Virus record (IMG/VR): IMGVR_UViG_3300011152_000015
Coordinates: 1 to 64,000 of that record
DNA from: a virus
Taxonomy: Duplodnaviria > Caudoviricetes
Strand: one strand, 5' to 3'
Length of the DNA: 64,000 bases
Shown here: piece by piece, positions 7,165 through 17,122 of the stretch
How the letters are laid out: every line of letters starts with the position of its first letter
Numbering within the stretch: the stretch's first letter is position 1
Position numbers and translations under genes: made by a program
Notes under the pieces: generated by a model
The model's database searches: none
What the model was told of the DNA's origin: nothing
What the model saw: only the letters and a program-made list of their open reading frames with translations

Positions 7165-8700
7165 TCAGATCACGCCCAACAGCGTCTTGTCCAGGTGGTC
7201 GACTGAGCGGGTCACTTCAAGCGTCAGAGGGTTGAACACCACAAATGGAACATGTGGCAAGGCAACAACCTTGGGTGCCATTTCGCTGCCTTCTGGCGTG
7301 ATCACAGCCGACATGTAAAGGTCGGTCGCGGTTCTCGCCACGATGGTCCATGCCTTCTGGCAGGTTGCCGATACAGAAGCCTGAACGCCGGTAGGCAACG
7401 AGAGTGGTTCAGGCGCGTAGGTCTTCGTCATGTCCGGCGGCGCAGTGGCGGTGATCGAAAGGATCGCGAGCTCCTGGAAGCTCAAGCCGCTGTCGTCAGT
7501 GGACTCGACGGAATGATCGACCAGTCCCTCCACCAGTTCTGAATCAGCATACTCGACGGACCCCAGATAGGTTGGGGAGCCACCCGATATCGGATTCGAA
7601 TCGACCGCAGCCACTCGGGATCGATCGTCCCTGCCGCTCAGCGTTAACTCATCAGTATCACTGTAAAGCCGGATCTCATACTCACGCTCGCGCGCATAAG
7701 CGACTCGCCAGTGCTGGTTTTCATAGCTGGTCGAGGATGGCGACCACTTCTCCGCGTAGGTACCGGATGGGTCGCCGCTCTGCGTGATGCGCTGCGTGTG
7801 GTCACAACGAACGAGCACCACGCCGCCCGGAGTGAGCCAGCCGCCCATGACCCTGCCCTTGCGCTCGGTCTCCTCGAGCATTGTTCCGGTGTGCGGATGA
7901 GCATAGATGCCGGCGCCGGTCGAGTAGTCGGGGGGAATCGGCGTGAGCTCGAGACTGCCGCTACTGGCGTTGATCCTGGCAGAGTAACGATCCGAATTAC
8001 GGGAGTAGGTGTGCGCACCCAGACACTCAGAGGTTGTCGCAGCCACTGCATAGGTCAGCGTGAGGCTGCCATCTTCAGCCTGGCCGATGGTGACGAGCAC
8101 AACGCCGACAATGAAGTATTGCCGCCCTGCAGGCGAGGTGTAGCTGTTGCTGTGGGTTATCAGCCTGCGCGTGCCATCCGCTGAGCGGTCGATCTGCCTG
8201 GTGACTCCGAAGTCGAGCGGGCCAGGCATTGTGTTGAAGTCACCTCCATAGGGGCTGGTCAGGATATTGACCCCTGCTGTGACGTCCTGCTGGTCGTACG
8301 GGGTAGAGGCGACAACCACGCCATCCTCGACAAGTCGCAACTCGCCGGTGCGCCCATATTCAGCGCTCCACCTGACGTCCAGCTTGCGCGTGACACCGCC
8401 AACCCGCGTCTCTGTATCAGTCACGCGCAGCAACCCCCGGCCGAGCGACTCGCCGCCCGCGTCGTACAGGCACTGCGAGTACGGCGGGTCAGGATTGCCG
8501 ATGTCCCACAATGCAGGGTCGGCCAGGTAGTTCGGGAATTCCTGAAAACTAAGCGGGCTTGGCGGTAGCGGAACGGCTGGGCGCCCTTCGCTGGGCTGCA
8601 GCCATCGGTTATCGGCCTGCTGATACACGAGCCCGTGCCAGGGGTACGGGTCGAAAGCCTCGATCCACAGCGGGGACGGCCAGTAAGCTTCACAGGTCAT
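7165..8700 (-). CDS. Tail-tip/virion protein (probable start MTCEAYW at 8700)
   Basis: ATGA overlap with the stop of 8697..9164; the upstream part of the 737-aa ORF is shadow sequence. Confidence 0.75.
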   Translation of the reverse strand: MTCEAYWPSPLWIEAFDPYPWHGLVYQQADNRWLQPSEGRPAVPLPPSPLSFQEFPNYLADPALWDIGNPDPPYSQCLYDAGGESLGRGLLRVTDTETRVGGVTRKLDVRWSAEYGRTGELRLVEDGVVVASTPYDQQDVTAGVNILTSPYGGDFNTMPGPLDFGVTRQIDRSADGTRRLITHSNSYTSPAGRQYFIVGVVLVTIGQAEDGSLTLTYAVAATTSECLGAHTYSRNSDRYSARINASSGSLELTPIPPDYSTGAGIYAHPHTGTMLEETERKGRVMGGWLTPGGVVLVRCDHTQRITQSGDPSGTYAEKWSPSSTSYENQHWRVAYAREREYEIRLYSDTDELTLSGRDDRSRVAAVDSNPISGGSPTYLGSVEYADSELVEGLVDHSVESTDDSGLSFQELAILSITATAPPDMTKTYAPEPLSLPTGVQASVSATCQKAWTIVARTATDLYMSAVITPEGSEMAPKVVALPHVPFVVFNPLTLEVTRSVDHLDKTLLGVI

Positions 8701-9164
8701 ATGATTGGCGGCGCCTGAAGGGAGTTGAACACAACTTCGTTTCCGTTGGCGTCGACTATGGTGATGGATTCCACCCGGCGAATGCGCCAGTACCCTCGCC
8801 CGTCGATCGACTCGATGAACTCTGGTGTCGACGCGTAGGTGCGCGAGGTTTCCTGCAGCGGGCCGGCAATGCCCCCGCCCGTTGTTGGCGGCGCCTTGTA
8901 CACGCCCCGGCCGCGCGAGGGCGGTAACGCACCAACGGGCTCGACCGGCCGCAACGTCCTGCGCGGCGGACGAGGGTCGGTGAGGCGGTTGATGTCGGCT
9001 GCTACCGATTGGCCGGTGCGCTGCTCTATCATCGCCTGGCCGGCGCCGCGTCGATTTCTCTCCATTGCCTGGCCGGCGGCTTGCCGCTCGGCCTGCCCGG
9101 TTGGGGCCCGACTGGCCGCCATGCCCGCGGCGATCGCTTGTCGCTGCTGTTGTAGTGTGGCCAT
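8697..9164 (-). CDS. Hypothetical tail-region protein
   Basis: Tightly packed, co-oriented ORF. Confidence 0.75.
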   Translation of the reverse strand: MATLQQQRQAIAAGMAASRAPTGQAERQAAGQAMERNRRGAGQAMIEQRTGQSVAADINRLTDPRPPRRTLRPVEPVGALPPSRGRGVYKAPPTTGGGIAGPLQETSRTYASTPEFIESIDGRGYWRIRRVESITIVDANGNEVVFNSLQAPPII

Positions 9165-9167
9165 GAA

Positions 9168-9476
9168 TCACACCTCGGGCGCTACCGTTGCCAGCTCCAG
9201 CCATTGCCAGGTTTCGCCACCCGGGTTGTGCGTCACCCATACGCGGTACGGGCCAGTACGGGTGGTGCACATTGCGCCACCCTGCGGCGCCGGCTCCGGG
9301 GGGGTGTCGATCGTGGTCAGGTACTGCATGCTTTGCGCGGCATCTGCCACCTCGAACCAGTCGAAGCCGCCGCGGCACAGGTACTGCCGGCCTTCGGCAT
9401 CTGTGCAGTGCGAACCGGCATCCGCCATGAAGTCAGGGAAGCCTTCCGATTGATAGGTGTGCTGAACCGTTGCCAT
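9168..9476 (-). CDS. Hypothetical tail-region protein
   Basis: TAATG coupling, GGAGG RBS. Confidence 0.7.
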   Translation of the reverse strand: MATVQHTYQSEGFPDFMADAGSHCTDAEGRQYLCRGGFDWFEVADAAQSMQYLTTIDTPPEPAPQGGAMCTTRTGPYRVWVTHNPGGETWQWLELATVAPEV

Positions 9477-9868
9477 TACGCGACCTCCGTCGTCAGAAAA
9501 TTACCCTCGCCATCGACGAGGGAGCTGCCGTTTTGATCCACCAGCGCGCCATCGGGAACGCTGCCGCCCTCCAGGGCCGAGACCCGCTGTTCCAGGTCGT
9601 CGATGCGCGCCAGCAGATCGTTGAGCTGCCCCGCCGTGACGGCGCAGTAGATGCTGCTGCCGACCGGCCAGTCCTGATCAGCCGTGCCCTCCTGCGCGCG
9701 TGTGAGCGTGGCGGCACCAGCGGCCACCACGGCGTCGACGATTTCCCAGCGGTCGCCCTCGGCGCTGGTGAGTGTCAGCCGGTATTCGCCATCCGGCAGT
9801 GACAAGGCGGCATTCGTCGCCCCGGCCGCGAGCTCGATCGCCTCGCGGTAGTTGTTGACGTATCTCAT
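9476..9868 (-). CDS. Hypothetical tail-region protein
   Basis: LTRAQEGTADQDWP motif; TGATG coupling. Confidence 0.75.
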   Translation of the reverse strand: MRYVNNYREAIELAAGATNAALSLPDGEYRLTLTSAEGDRWEIVDAVVAAGAATLTRAQEGTADQDWPVGSSIYCAVTAGQLNDLLARIDDLEQRVSALEGGSVPDGALVDQNGSSLVDGEGNFLTTEVA

Positions 9869-11583
9869 CAGAGCTCCAGGGTGTTGTTCGGGATGCCGAC
9901 GCGGTAGAGCGTGTCGCTGGAAAGCTGCCGCTCATCGCGGTCCTCAGCCGGTATTTCGTCGGTCACCGCATCGATCCGCCGCGGGTACATCTCGGCGCCC
10001 GGCGCGGTGGTGGAGTAGTTGCCCGCGAAGCCGTCCAGCTCCTCGTCATAGGGCGGTGAGGTGAGGTGCCCGCCTAACTGCGTGGGCAGGTTGTTGGCAT
10101 AGCCGTTCTCGCCATCGTCTCCACCCCCGTTGCCGCCGGCACCGAGCCGAGGCGGCAAGGTCAGCGGGTCGCTCACACCGCCGCCGCGCATCACCGCAAT
10201 GCTGATCGTGGTAATCGCCTGGCCGGCGCCAAGGTCGAACGAATCCACGATGCGCCGGCATTTGCCCACGGCATGCGCGCCCTGGTCGGCCAGTTCCAGC
10301 GTGTGCACCAGGTCCACGCCCAGCGCCAGGCTGGCGGGCACCTGCCAGTTCAGGGTGGTTTCCCGGTGGGCCGCGATGATCTCCGTCTGCCCGGTGCGTA
10401 GCGCCACCGTCAGCGCCGCATCACGCCGAACGCCGTCATCGAGATCGCTGAACCCGCTGTTACCGCCAAGGATGGGCTCGTCCGTCCACTCTTCGGCGCG
10501 ATCATCCTCGATCTCGACGGTGTAGCCGGCACGCTGGACGATCCGCGACTGCTCGCCCTCGCCTGCGGTGGTGGCCAGGGTCAGCCGATAGGTCTCGGTC
10601 ACGGTCTGAACCCAGCGCCGTGCGCCGATCCAGCTCACGCCGAGCAGCAAGCCCTCCTCGTTGTTGATCCAGGGGCTGCCGTCCAAACAGGGGTCTGCCA
10701 TGGACGGCGGCAGGTCGTAGTAGACCGGGCTCAGCAGGGTTTCGCCGTTGCCGGATGCGGCGTCGGCGATCATTTCCTTGTTGGGCAGTTCGTGGCTGTT
10801 GCGCCGCCAGTTGCAGAACCCGCCGATGCCGGTCGAGCCGTCCGTTTCGGGCGAGACCCAGCTGTAGTTCTTGTTGCGCTGCCAGAGCCGGCTGTAGCGG
10901 TAGCTGAATTCGATCTCGATGCGGTTGGTGGTGCGATCGAGGTCGGCCTGCTGCAGCTCGACGGATTGGTACAGCGTGGTGCCCGGGCCAAACACGAAGT
11001 GCGGCGCGGTGGCGTACCAGCTGGTGACACGCAGCTGGCCAGTGGGCGAGCAGTCGAGGCTGACCGGGCGGGTGCCCAGGCGCTCCAGGGCATAGTCCCA
11101 TCGGCTGCGCCCTTCGACGGGCTCGAACACGTCCGCCGACCAATATCCGCCGACCAGCACATCGATGGCCGGGACGCTCAAGGCCTCTACCCGCTGCTGC
11201 AGCTGGTCGGAGCATTCGCAGCTCAGTACGCGGCTGACGGGGTCCCATGTGGCCTGGCTGATGCTGCCGGTGTAGCGCCGCGTCTCGGTGGTCTCACCCT
11301 TGGCGGTGCTGATGTAGTCGATGGTGACGGCGCGGCCCTTCCAGTCCGGGGGCGCGACAGGCGTACCGGGCGCGATGAACAGGTCGAACCCGGCGATGCC
11401 GGCGGCGCCCTCTTCCCGGTCGACGGTGACGGTACCGGTGAGCTGGGCAGTGACGTCGGACCCGGCCACCATCAGCCGCAGTGCCCACACGAAGGCCTGG
11501 CCACGCACCACGTACTCAGGCTCGCCAGCGCCGCCCGGCAGGCTGTTGAGCGGCCCGGAGTTGAGGGGCGATCCGTTGAGCAT
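9868..11583 (-). CDS. Tail tip/hub protein
   Basis: 571-aa ORF two genes after the tape measure, translationally coupled. Confidence 0.75.
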   Translation of the reverse strand: MLNGSPLNSGPLNSLPGGAGEPEYVVRGQAFVWALRLMVAGSDVTAQLTGTVTVDREEGAAGIAGFDLFIAPGTPVAPPDWKGRAVTIDYISTAKGETTETRRYTGSISQATWDPVSRVLSCECSDQLQQRVEALSVPAIDVLVGGYWSADVFEPVEGRSRWDYALERLGTRPVSLDCSPTGQLRVTSWYATAPHFVFGPGTTLYQSVELQQADLDRTTNRIEIEFSYRYSRLWQRNKNYSWVSPETDGSTGIGGFCNWRRNSHELPNKEMIADAASGNGETLLSPVYYDLPPSMADPCLDGSPWINNEEGLLLGVSWIGARRWVQTVTETYRLTLATTAGEGEQSRIVQRAGYTVEIEDDRAEEWTDEPILGGNSGFSDLDDGVRRDAALTVALRTGQTEIIAAHRETTLNWQVPASLALGVDLVHTLELADQGAHAVGKCRRIVDSFDLGAGQAITTISIAVMRGGGVSDPLTLPPRLGAGGNGGGDDGENGYANNLPTQLGGHLTSPPYDEELDGFAGNYSTTAPGAEMYPRRIDAVTDEIPAEDRDERQLSSDTLYRVGIPNNTLEL

Positions 11584-12092
11584 CAGGCTTCTTCCCAGTT
11601 GAGCGACCAGCCGTGGGTGGCGGTACCGGCGCTTTGCGTTTCCGAAGGCTGCTCGGCGAACACCGAGAACACCGGCATGTAGCAGGCCTGGTACAGCGCG
11701 GCGCCGGGCACGGGCGGAATGGTCACCACCCCCTCCTCATAGCTGCAGGGCACGGTTACCCACTCCCCACCTACCAGGGCCTGCGCCCAAGGCGCTACGT
11801 CGGGGCGCGGCGTGCCCATCAGCGTGAAAGCCGGGCCCTCGCCGACGAGGCTCACGGTCTTGGTGCTGCGCAGCTCCAGCGGCTGCGAGTAGTCCAGGCC
11901 TGACAGCCCGGGCGGCATCCAGCCAGAGCCGGAAATGCTGCCGGCCGAACGCTGCCAGTGCTGCATCTTCACGCCCGCGCCATCGCTCATGCGCAGCACG
12001 GTGGAACCACCAATGGGCCCGATACTTTCCTCAGGCGCACCGGCGTGCAGCACGATCGGCACGCCGCCGAGCATGATTCGTGGTTTGGGCAT
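11583..12092 (-). CDS. Distal-tail-like protein
   Basis: First gene after the tape measure; start MPKPRIML with CTGGAG RBS. Confidence 0.7.
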   Translation of the reverse strand: MPKPRIMLGGVPIVLHAGAPEESIGPIGGSTVLRMSDGAGVKMQHWQRSAGSISGSGWMPPGLSGLDYSQPLELRSTKTVSLVGEGPAFTLMGTPRPDVAPWAQALVGGEWVTVPCSYEEGVVTIPPVPGAALYQACYMPVFSVFAEQPSETQSAGTATHGWSLNWEEA

Positions 12093-12135
12093 TCGAGGCT
12101 CCAGAAACAAGAAGCCCCGCGGGTGCGGGGCTGGT

Positions 12136-14958
12136 TTAGCCGTTGCGGTGCGTGCGGCCGAACTTGCGCGCGGCCAATCGCAGCGGGTCGACCTGGCTTT
12201 GGTTGACGAACACCTGGAAAGACTCGCCGCCCAGGTTGAAGTCCACCGAACCCAGGTGAGGCATCGATGGCCCCGCCGCCGCATCCAGCAGCGCCTGGCT
12301 CGGTGCCGGCACGTTCGGGACGAAGCGTGGCAGCGGCACCACCGGCCCGCCGTTGGCGTAGCCGCGGCGCTGGATCTGCTCCAGCGTGGCGCGGAAGCCG
12401 TTGCGGCGGATGCGTTCGAGGAAATGCAGCGCCCCCGGCTCGCGCACCACCTCCTGCGGCTGCACATGCTCGCCGGCGTGCACGATGCCGGCTGGCTGGT
12501 ATTTGCCGCCTGGGCCGGTGTATCCGCCGTAGGCGAAGCCGGACGGCGCCGGGCCGGGGTCCTGCAGCGTGTACGGCTGGGTGAAATCGTACTGCGCGCC
12601 TACCTGCACCATGATCTTGGTGTCAGCCAGGGCCGAAAGTGCCTGTTTCACCTGCTCCAGCGCCGCGTCATCCATCTTGACGCTGACCGGCATATCTGCC
12701 AGGGCCGCCGCCTTCGCCTTCAGGTCGATCATTTCGGCCTTGATGGCTTCGATCTTCTGCTCGGCATTGGTCTGCTCGATGTCGTTGGCGGCCAGTTCAA
12801 TGTCGCGCAGCTCCCCGATGAAACCGGCGAAACCGTAGGTACTCTCCCCTGCGGCCTGCAGCTCCTGCAGCATCTTGAGGGCAGCCTGGGCCTGGGCCTT
12901 CGCCCCCTCGACATCGCCAGCCTGTAGCGCCTGGCGGGCCGCCACCTTGAGCGACTGGGCCGCCCCGTAGGAGGCCGCGCCGCCGCCATTCATGCTGGCC
13001 AGGGCTTGCTGGTACCGCTCTTCGATCTTCAGGCGATCCGCGCGGACCTTTTCGAGGTCCTGCGTTGCCTTTTTCTCGGCGGCGGCCAGTTGCTTGCCCG
13101 CAGCTTCGGCGGATTTCAACAGGCGCTCCTGCTGTGCCTTCGTCTCATTGATGTAGGCGTTGCGGCTCTTTATCTCCTTGTCACGCACGGCTTCCGCAGC
13201 AGCGGCGCCAACCTCGGCGAGGAACTGCATTTCGGCGTTCAGGCCGTTTTGCTGCTCAACCAGAGCTTCGCGGAACTGCACCAGTGCCTGGCGCTTGGCT
13301 TGCAGCTCTTCTTCGGTGAACCACAAGCCACCCAGGGTTGTTTTAAGACCTGTGCCCTGAAGGCTGCGGTCAATATCAGCGATCTGCTGATCAACCTCCT
13401 CCAGCTCCGTAGTAAGACCGCGTGCTGCCGCAACGGCAAACTGCGTGCGCTTCACCAGGTCGCCGAACTCCGAGGCGCCATCAACCGCAGCGCCCGCAAG
13501 CAAGGCGATGGCAGAGGCGAGCTTGACGAGGTTGTCCATCACGACTGGATCGGAGACTGTCTCACCCAATCCGTTGATCGCATCGATCAGCGGCTTAACG
13601 TCCGCCTGACCGATGGCCTTGTTCCATCGATCAGTGAGGTCTGTCATGGCGCCGCCGACGGTATCAGGCAGCGTCTCGGCCTCCTTGCGCAACACATCAA
13701 GCTGACTGGTCAAGGCATCCGTGACGATATCGCTGGTGAGCTGGCCTTGGGCGGCCATCTCTTTCAGCGCACCAACCGGCACACCAATGCCGTCGGCCAA
13801 CGCCTGCATCAAGCGCGGCGCCTGCTCGGCGACGGAGTTGAACTCATCCCCGCGCAGCGCGCCAGCACCCAGGGCCTGAGCAAACTGGATCACCCCATTC
13901 TCGGCTTCTGTCGCACTCGCACCCGACACCCGGAACGACGTGGCCACGGCCTCGGTAACCTGCAGAATTTCCGATTGGCTCCGCCCCGCCTCTTTCAGCG
14001 GACGGCTGATTCGGCCATACAGCGTCACGAGCGAAGCAACCGGGGTTTCGGTACGGCGGGCGATGCTTTCAAGGCCAGCCTGGGCAGCGTTGAACTCTTC
14101 CTGGGATTCGGTGGCAAGCTTCAGGCGGGCATTCATCAGGGTGTAGGCGTCTGACATTGCCGCTACGCCGCGAGCTCCGCGATAAAACGCATAGACAGCA
14201 GCAAGCACACCGCCCACTGCCCCCATGGCTGCGACTGCAGAAGAACGCATGCGACCTTGCTCAAGCAGAAGACCCCGCAACTCCGCGCGCGTCTCCCTGA
14301 TACGCTGGGCCATCGCCAGCTGGGCCACCGCCAACTCGCGCCCAGTCAGGTTGCCTGAGCGACGCAACAGCTCGTAGTTGCGGCGGGTCTGGGCCAACTC
14401 TGCCTGAAGCGCCCGGTACCGGTTTACGCCCAGGTCAGCGCGCGCGGCTTCCAAGTTGGCAATGCGCTGCTCACGCGCCACCTGGCCGAGCGCTGCGGCG
14501 CGGGCTCGAATGCCGGACACCGCCTGCTGGTTGCGCTCAGCGCCTTGCGCAGCTTCAAGTTCACGAGCCAGGCGCTGTTGCTCTGCCGCCAGATTGCGCG
14601 TGTCAACTCCCGCTGCCTGAAGCTCGCGGCGCCGTCCAACCAGCCGACTTTGCGCAACGCTTTCTGCTCGCTCCAACCGCCGCAGCTGATTAACGGCATC
14701 CCGGTACGAGGCGGTGAGAGCCGCGCTCGGGCGCTCCGTGCGCGCCATCTCATTGCCGAGGTCGCGCACACGCTCCCGGGCCGCCCGCGCTTCGCGGCCA
14801 GTGCTCTCAAGGCCTGCTTCTAACTCACGAAATGCATTGACCTGACGCAGCGGCTTTTCGATCGCCTTGACCAGTTCGGCGTACTGCTTACGAAAGCCGC
14901 CTACATTCTTGGTCGCCTGGTCCACATCAGCCGTCAGGCGCAGTTCTACGTCAGTCAT
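12136..14958 (-). CDS. Tail tape measure protein
   Basis: 940 aa, Ala-rich helical; QFAQALGAGALRGDEFNSVAEQAP; C-terminal GGYTGPGGKYQPAGIVHAGE. Confidence 0.95.
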   Translation of the reverse strand: MTDVELRLTADVDQATKNVGGFRKQYAELVKAIEKPLRQVNAFRELEAGLESTGREARAARERVRDLGNEMARTERPSAALTASYRDAVNQLRRLERAESVAQSRLVGRRRELQAAGVDTRNLAAEQQRLARELEAAQGAERNQQAVSGIRARAAALGQVAREQRIANLEAARADLGVNRYRALQAELAQTRRNYELLRRSGNLTGRELAVAQLAMAQRIRETRAELRGLLLEQGRMRSSAVAAMGAVGGVLAAVYAFYRGARGVAAMSDAYTLMNARLKLATESQEEFNAAQAGLESIARRTETPVASLVTLYGRISRPLKEAGRSQSEILQVTEAVATSFRVSGASATEAENGVIQFAQALGAGALRGDEFNSVAEQAPRLMQALADGIGVPVGALKEMAAQGQLTSDIVTDALTSQLDVLRKEAETLPDTVGGAMTDLTDRWNKAIGQADVKPLIDAINGLGETVSDPVVMDNLVKLASAIALLAGAAVDGASEFGDLVKRTQFAVAAARGLTTELEEVDQQIADIDRSLQGTGLKTTLGGLWFTEEELQAKRQALVQFREALVEQQNGLNAEMQFLAEVGAAAAEAVRDKEIKSRNAYINETKAQQERLLKSAEAAGKQLAAAEKKATQDLEKVRADRLKIEERYQQALASMNGGGAASYGAAQSLKVAARQALQAGDVEGAKAQAQAALKMLQELQAAGESTYGFAGFIGELRDIELAANDIEQTNAEQKIEAIKAEMIDLKAKAAALADMPVSVKMDDAALEQVKQALSALADTKIMVQVGAQYDFTQPYTLQDPGPAPSGFAYGGYTGPGGKYQPAGIVHAGEHVQPQEVVREPGALHFLERIRRNGFRATLEQIQRRGYANGGPVVPLPRFVPNVPAPSQALLDAAAGPSMPHLGSVDFNLGGESFQVFVNQSQVDPLRLAARKFGRTHRNG

Positions 14959-14964
14959 GATGGC

Positions 14965-15123
14965 TCACTTCTTCGACGCCGCCCTCAGGGCAGCCAGGAA
15001 ATACGTCCAGGGGTAAAAAGGGGCGTTGGCGTGGCCGATGCGAATCATCGCGTCCAGCGTACGGTCGAGGCTGGCTACTGCTGAGCCGGGATCGCCGCCA
15101 CCCTGCCCAGCAGCCCGAAAAAA
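14965..15123 (-). CDS. Frameshift extension of tail assembly chaperone (gpT-like)
   Basis: The -1 frame is open from slippery T TTT TTC (15117-15123) to just before the tape measure gene. Confidence 0.65.
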   Translation of the reverse strand, partial: FFRAAGQGGGDPGSAVASLDRTLDAMIRIGHANAPFYPWTYFLAALRAASKK

Positions 15124-15383
15124 TGCGGGTTCAACTCCTTGCAGACGGCAATGACCTGTTCGAGTTGCGACGGGCGCATGGCATTGATGCGGTCGTCGCT
15201 TAGGTCCGTCATGCGCTTGATTTCTGCCAGGCCGCAATCCTTGAACAGCGCCCCCTCAAGCGGGTCAGTCTGCGTTGGATTGATCATCTCACTGAGCCAA
15301 TCACGAACCTGCAGCACCGTCAGTTCGCGGCAGATGACCGCCTGACCATCTACGATGACTTCGCGGCTGTTTGTTGTTTGCAT
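15075..15383 (-). CDS. Tail assembly chaperone (gpG-like)
   Basis: Position before the tape measure; CRELTVLQVR...KELNPHFF. Confidence 0.8.
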   Translation of the reverse strand: MQTTNSREVIVDGQAVICRELTVLQVRDWLSEMINPTQTDPLEGALFKDCGLAEIKRMTDLSDDRINAMRPSQLEQVIAVCKELNPHFFGLLGRVAAIPAQQ

Positions 15384-15398
15384 GCTTTTCTCCGGTCG

Positions 15399-15424
15399 AA
15401 AAAAAGCCCGCTTCAGCGGGCTTT
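15399..15424 (-). terminator. Intrinsic terminator after the moron
   Basis: AAAGCCCGC-N4-GCGGGCTTT with T run on the minus strand. Confidence 0.75.
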
Positions 15425-15431
15425 GGCAAAT

Positions 15432-16031
15432 TCATCTGGCGCATAGCTTTTGCCATGTCGCCTCAAACTGGTCGTCTGGCATGTCACCTTCCATGAAGGC
15501 GAGCCCTCCGCCCGATGCCACATAACGTACGAAACCGTTATAAGCACCGAATGAGTTTTTTGCATTTACTTCCCCGCAGGGAATTCCAGCCGGTCCGACA
15601 AATTGGTTTCTGAACCTGGCTGACTCTGCATCCTTGAGCCTGTCCTCAATGGCGCGCTGCCCGACACGATTAATCGCGTACTCATTGGGCGGCTCAGCCT
15701 TCCGTGCTGAGGCGGGCTGCTCGTCACCGCGCTGAGTGAGCATCACAATTCCTGCAACCACTGCAAATACTAAAACCGCGCGCGCAAAAAAATGGCTTCG
15801 GAAGAACGCTTCTAATAGCGACCAACTCAGTGATACTGACCGTGCCACGGGCTTGGAAGCCGCACCGATCTTGCGCTTCCGCTCATCCCGCTCCGCAGCC
15901 CGATAAAGGATCTCTGCCTTTTTTGCCCGGGCTACCACCGCCTTTTCATAGTAAGCCCCGCATGATGGGCACTGAAGCGGGCTGCCAAATGCAGCTTCAT
16001 CCTCAATGTGATTACAGGCCGGACACTGCAT
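15432..16031 (-). CDS. Moron: Zn-ribbon plus TM plus periplasmic domain protein
   Basis: CPAC...CPSC, one TM helix, CGEVNAKNSFGAYNGF motif; flanked by hairpins; less GC-biased than neighbours. Confidence 0.8.
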   Translation of the reverse strand: MQCPACNHIEDEAAFGSPLQCPSCGAYYEKAVVARAKKAEILYRAAERDERKRKIGAASKPVARSVSLSWSLLEAFFRSHFFARAVLVFAVVAGIVMLTQRGDEQPASARKAEPPNEYAINRVGQRAIEDRLKDAESARFRNQFVGPAGIPCGEVNAKNSFGAYNGFVRYVASGGGLAFMEGDMPDDQFEATWQKLCAR

Positions 16032-16120
16032 CTGGTTTCCCTCCCATGTGATCTGGCCGGGACTGTACCAAAACGCCAGCACCAAAGCCCAGCGCGGGGC
16101 TGGGCTTGGATTCGGGCGCT

Positions 16121-16915
16121 CTAAGCCGCCACCGGCAGTTCCTTCTTGATGCGGAAGTACTTCGACTTACCCGCGCCGACCTTCGACGGATCGCTGATCA
16201 CCTTGCAGGTGGATTCGGCGCCCATGAAGTCGTCGACGTTGAGCCAGTCCTGGCTGGAAGCCGGGTTGAGGCGGCATTTCCAGAAGCGGGCCTCGATGCG
16301 CTTCTTGGTGCCGGCGGCGTTCTCGCCCTCGAACAGCAGTTCCAGCTCCAAGCCGGAGTTGGTCAGCGCTTCGACCACATCGACCGCAGCGGACTTGTAG
16401 TCGACCGACACGCTGTAGGGCGTCCCTTCCGGGGCGGCAAGGATGGCAGTCTCCAGCGCGCCGCCGGCGACGACCTCGATCCCGGAACCGGTCATGACCC
16501 AGTCGTCGAACTCATCGAAGACTTCCGTGCCAGGGGCGCCATCGACCACGTTGGTCACGCCATCGATCTCCAGCGGCATGTTGTCGAGGGCAATGGTGCC
16601 GTCGACAGCGGCGACGTGCTGTTCGTCGGTGTGCGTGGCGGCCGGTACGGTGGAGACGTCACCCCAGAGAATGCCAGCCAGGATCGCCGTGAAGAACTCG
16701 CGGAAGTTGATCGCCAGACCGACCGAGGTGATGCGGTCCACCGAGTCGTACTCGCCACCCTGCGGAGTGGTGGTGTCGCTCAGGGTCAGGTTGTTGGTTT
16801 CGATGGTGGTCTGGATGCTGGAGACCAAGCCACACTTCTGGAAGGGCAAGCCGCTGCCGGCGACGCGCATCTTCAGGTGGCCGCCGATTACGAATGTTTC
16901 TTTCAGGACTGCCAT
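16121..16915 (-). CDS. Major tail tube protein
   Basis: 264 aa, located after the tail terminator; ELLFEGENAA. Confidence 0.8.
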   Translation of the reverse strand: MAVLKETFVIGGHLKMRVAGSGLPFQKCGLVSSIQTTIETNNLTLSDTTTPQGGEYDSVDRITSVGLAINFREFFTAILAGILWGDVSTVPAATHTDEQHVAAVDGTIALDNMPLEIDGVTNVVDGAPGTEVFDEFDDWVMTGSGIEVVAGGALETAILAAPEGTPYSVSVDYKSAAVDVVEALTNSGLELELLFEGENAAGTKKRIEARFWKCRLNPASSQDWLNVDDFMGAESTCKVISDPSKVGAGKSKYFRIKKELPVAA

Positions 16916-16918
16916 GGG

Positions 16919-17119
16919 TCAGACCTCCTTGGGGCCGGCGACGATGCCGCGGACGATGAGGGTTTCGCGCTGTGCAGGGGTGACCTTGATCTTGTCGCCC
17001 TTCTGGAACGCTTTGCGCTTGTGGGTATGAGCCTGTTCGAGCTTGACCTCGACCAGTTCGGCGGCTTTCTTCGGGGCGGCCGAATCCCCTGCCTTGGCGG
17101 CAGTCACGTTGTGCGTCAT
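16919..17119 (-). CDS. Small hypothetical virion-operon protein
   Basis: 66-aa ORF with AGGA RBS. Confidence 0.7.
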   Translation of the reverse strand: MTHNVTAAKAGDSAAPKKAAELVEVKLEQAHTHKRKAFQKGDKIKVTPAQRETLIVRGIVAGPKEV

Positions 17120-17122
17120 GGG

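Noticed and set aside
4220-8700. Diversity-generating retroelement or invertible fibre cassette
   Set aside because: No reverse transcriptase, invertase or TR/VR-like duplicated segment seen in the window
8701-9378. N-terminal extension of the 737-aa ORF 7165..9378
   Set aside because: Overlaps two better ORFs in other frames; the ATGA-coupled start at 8700 is more plausible
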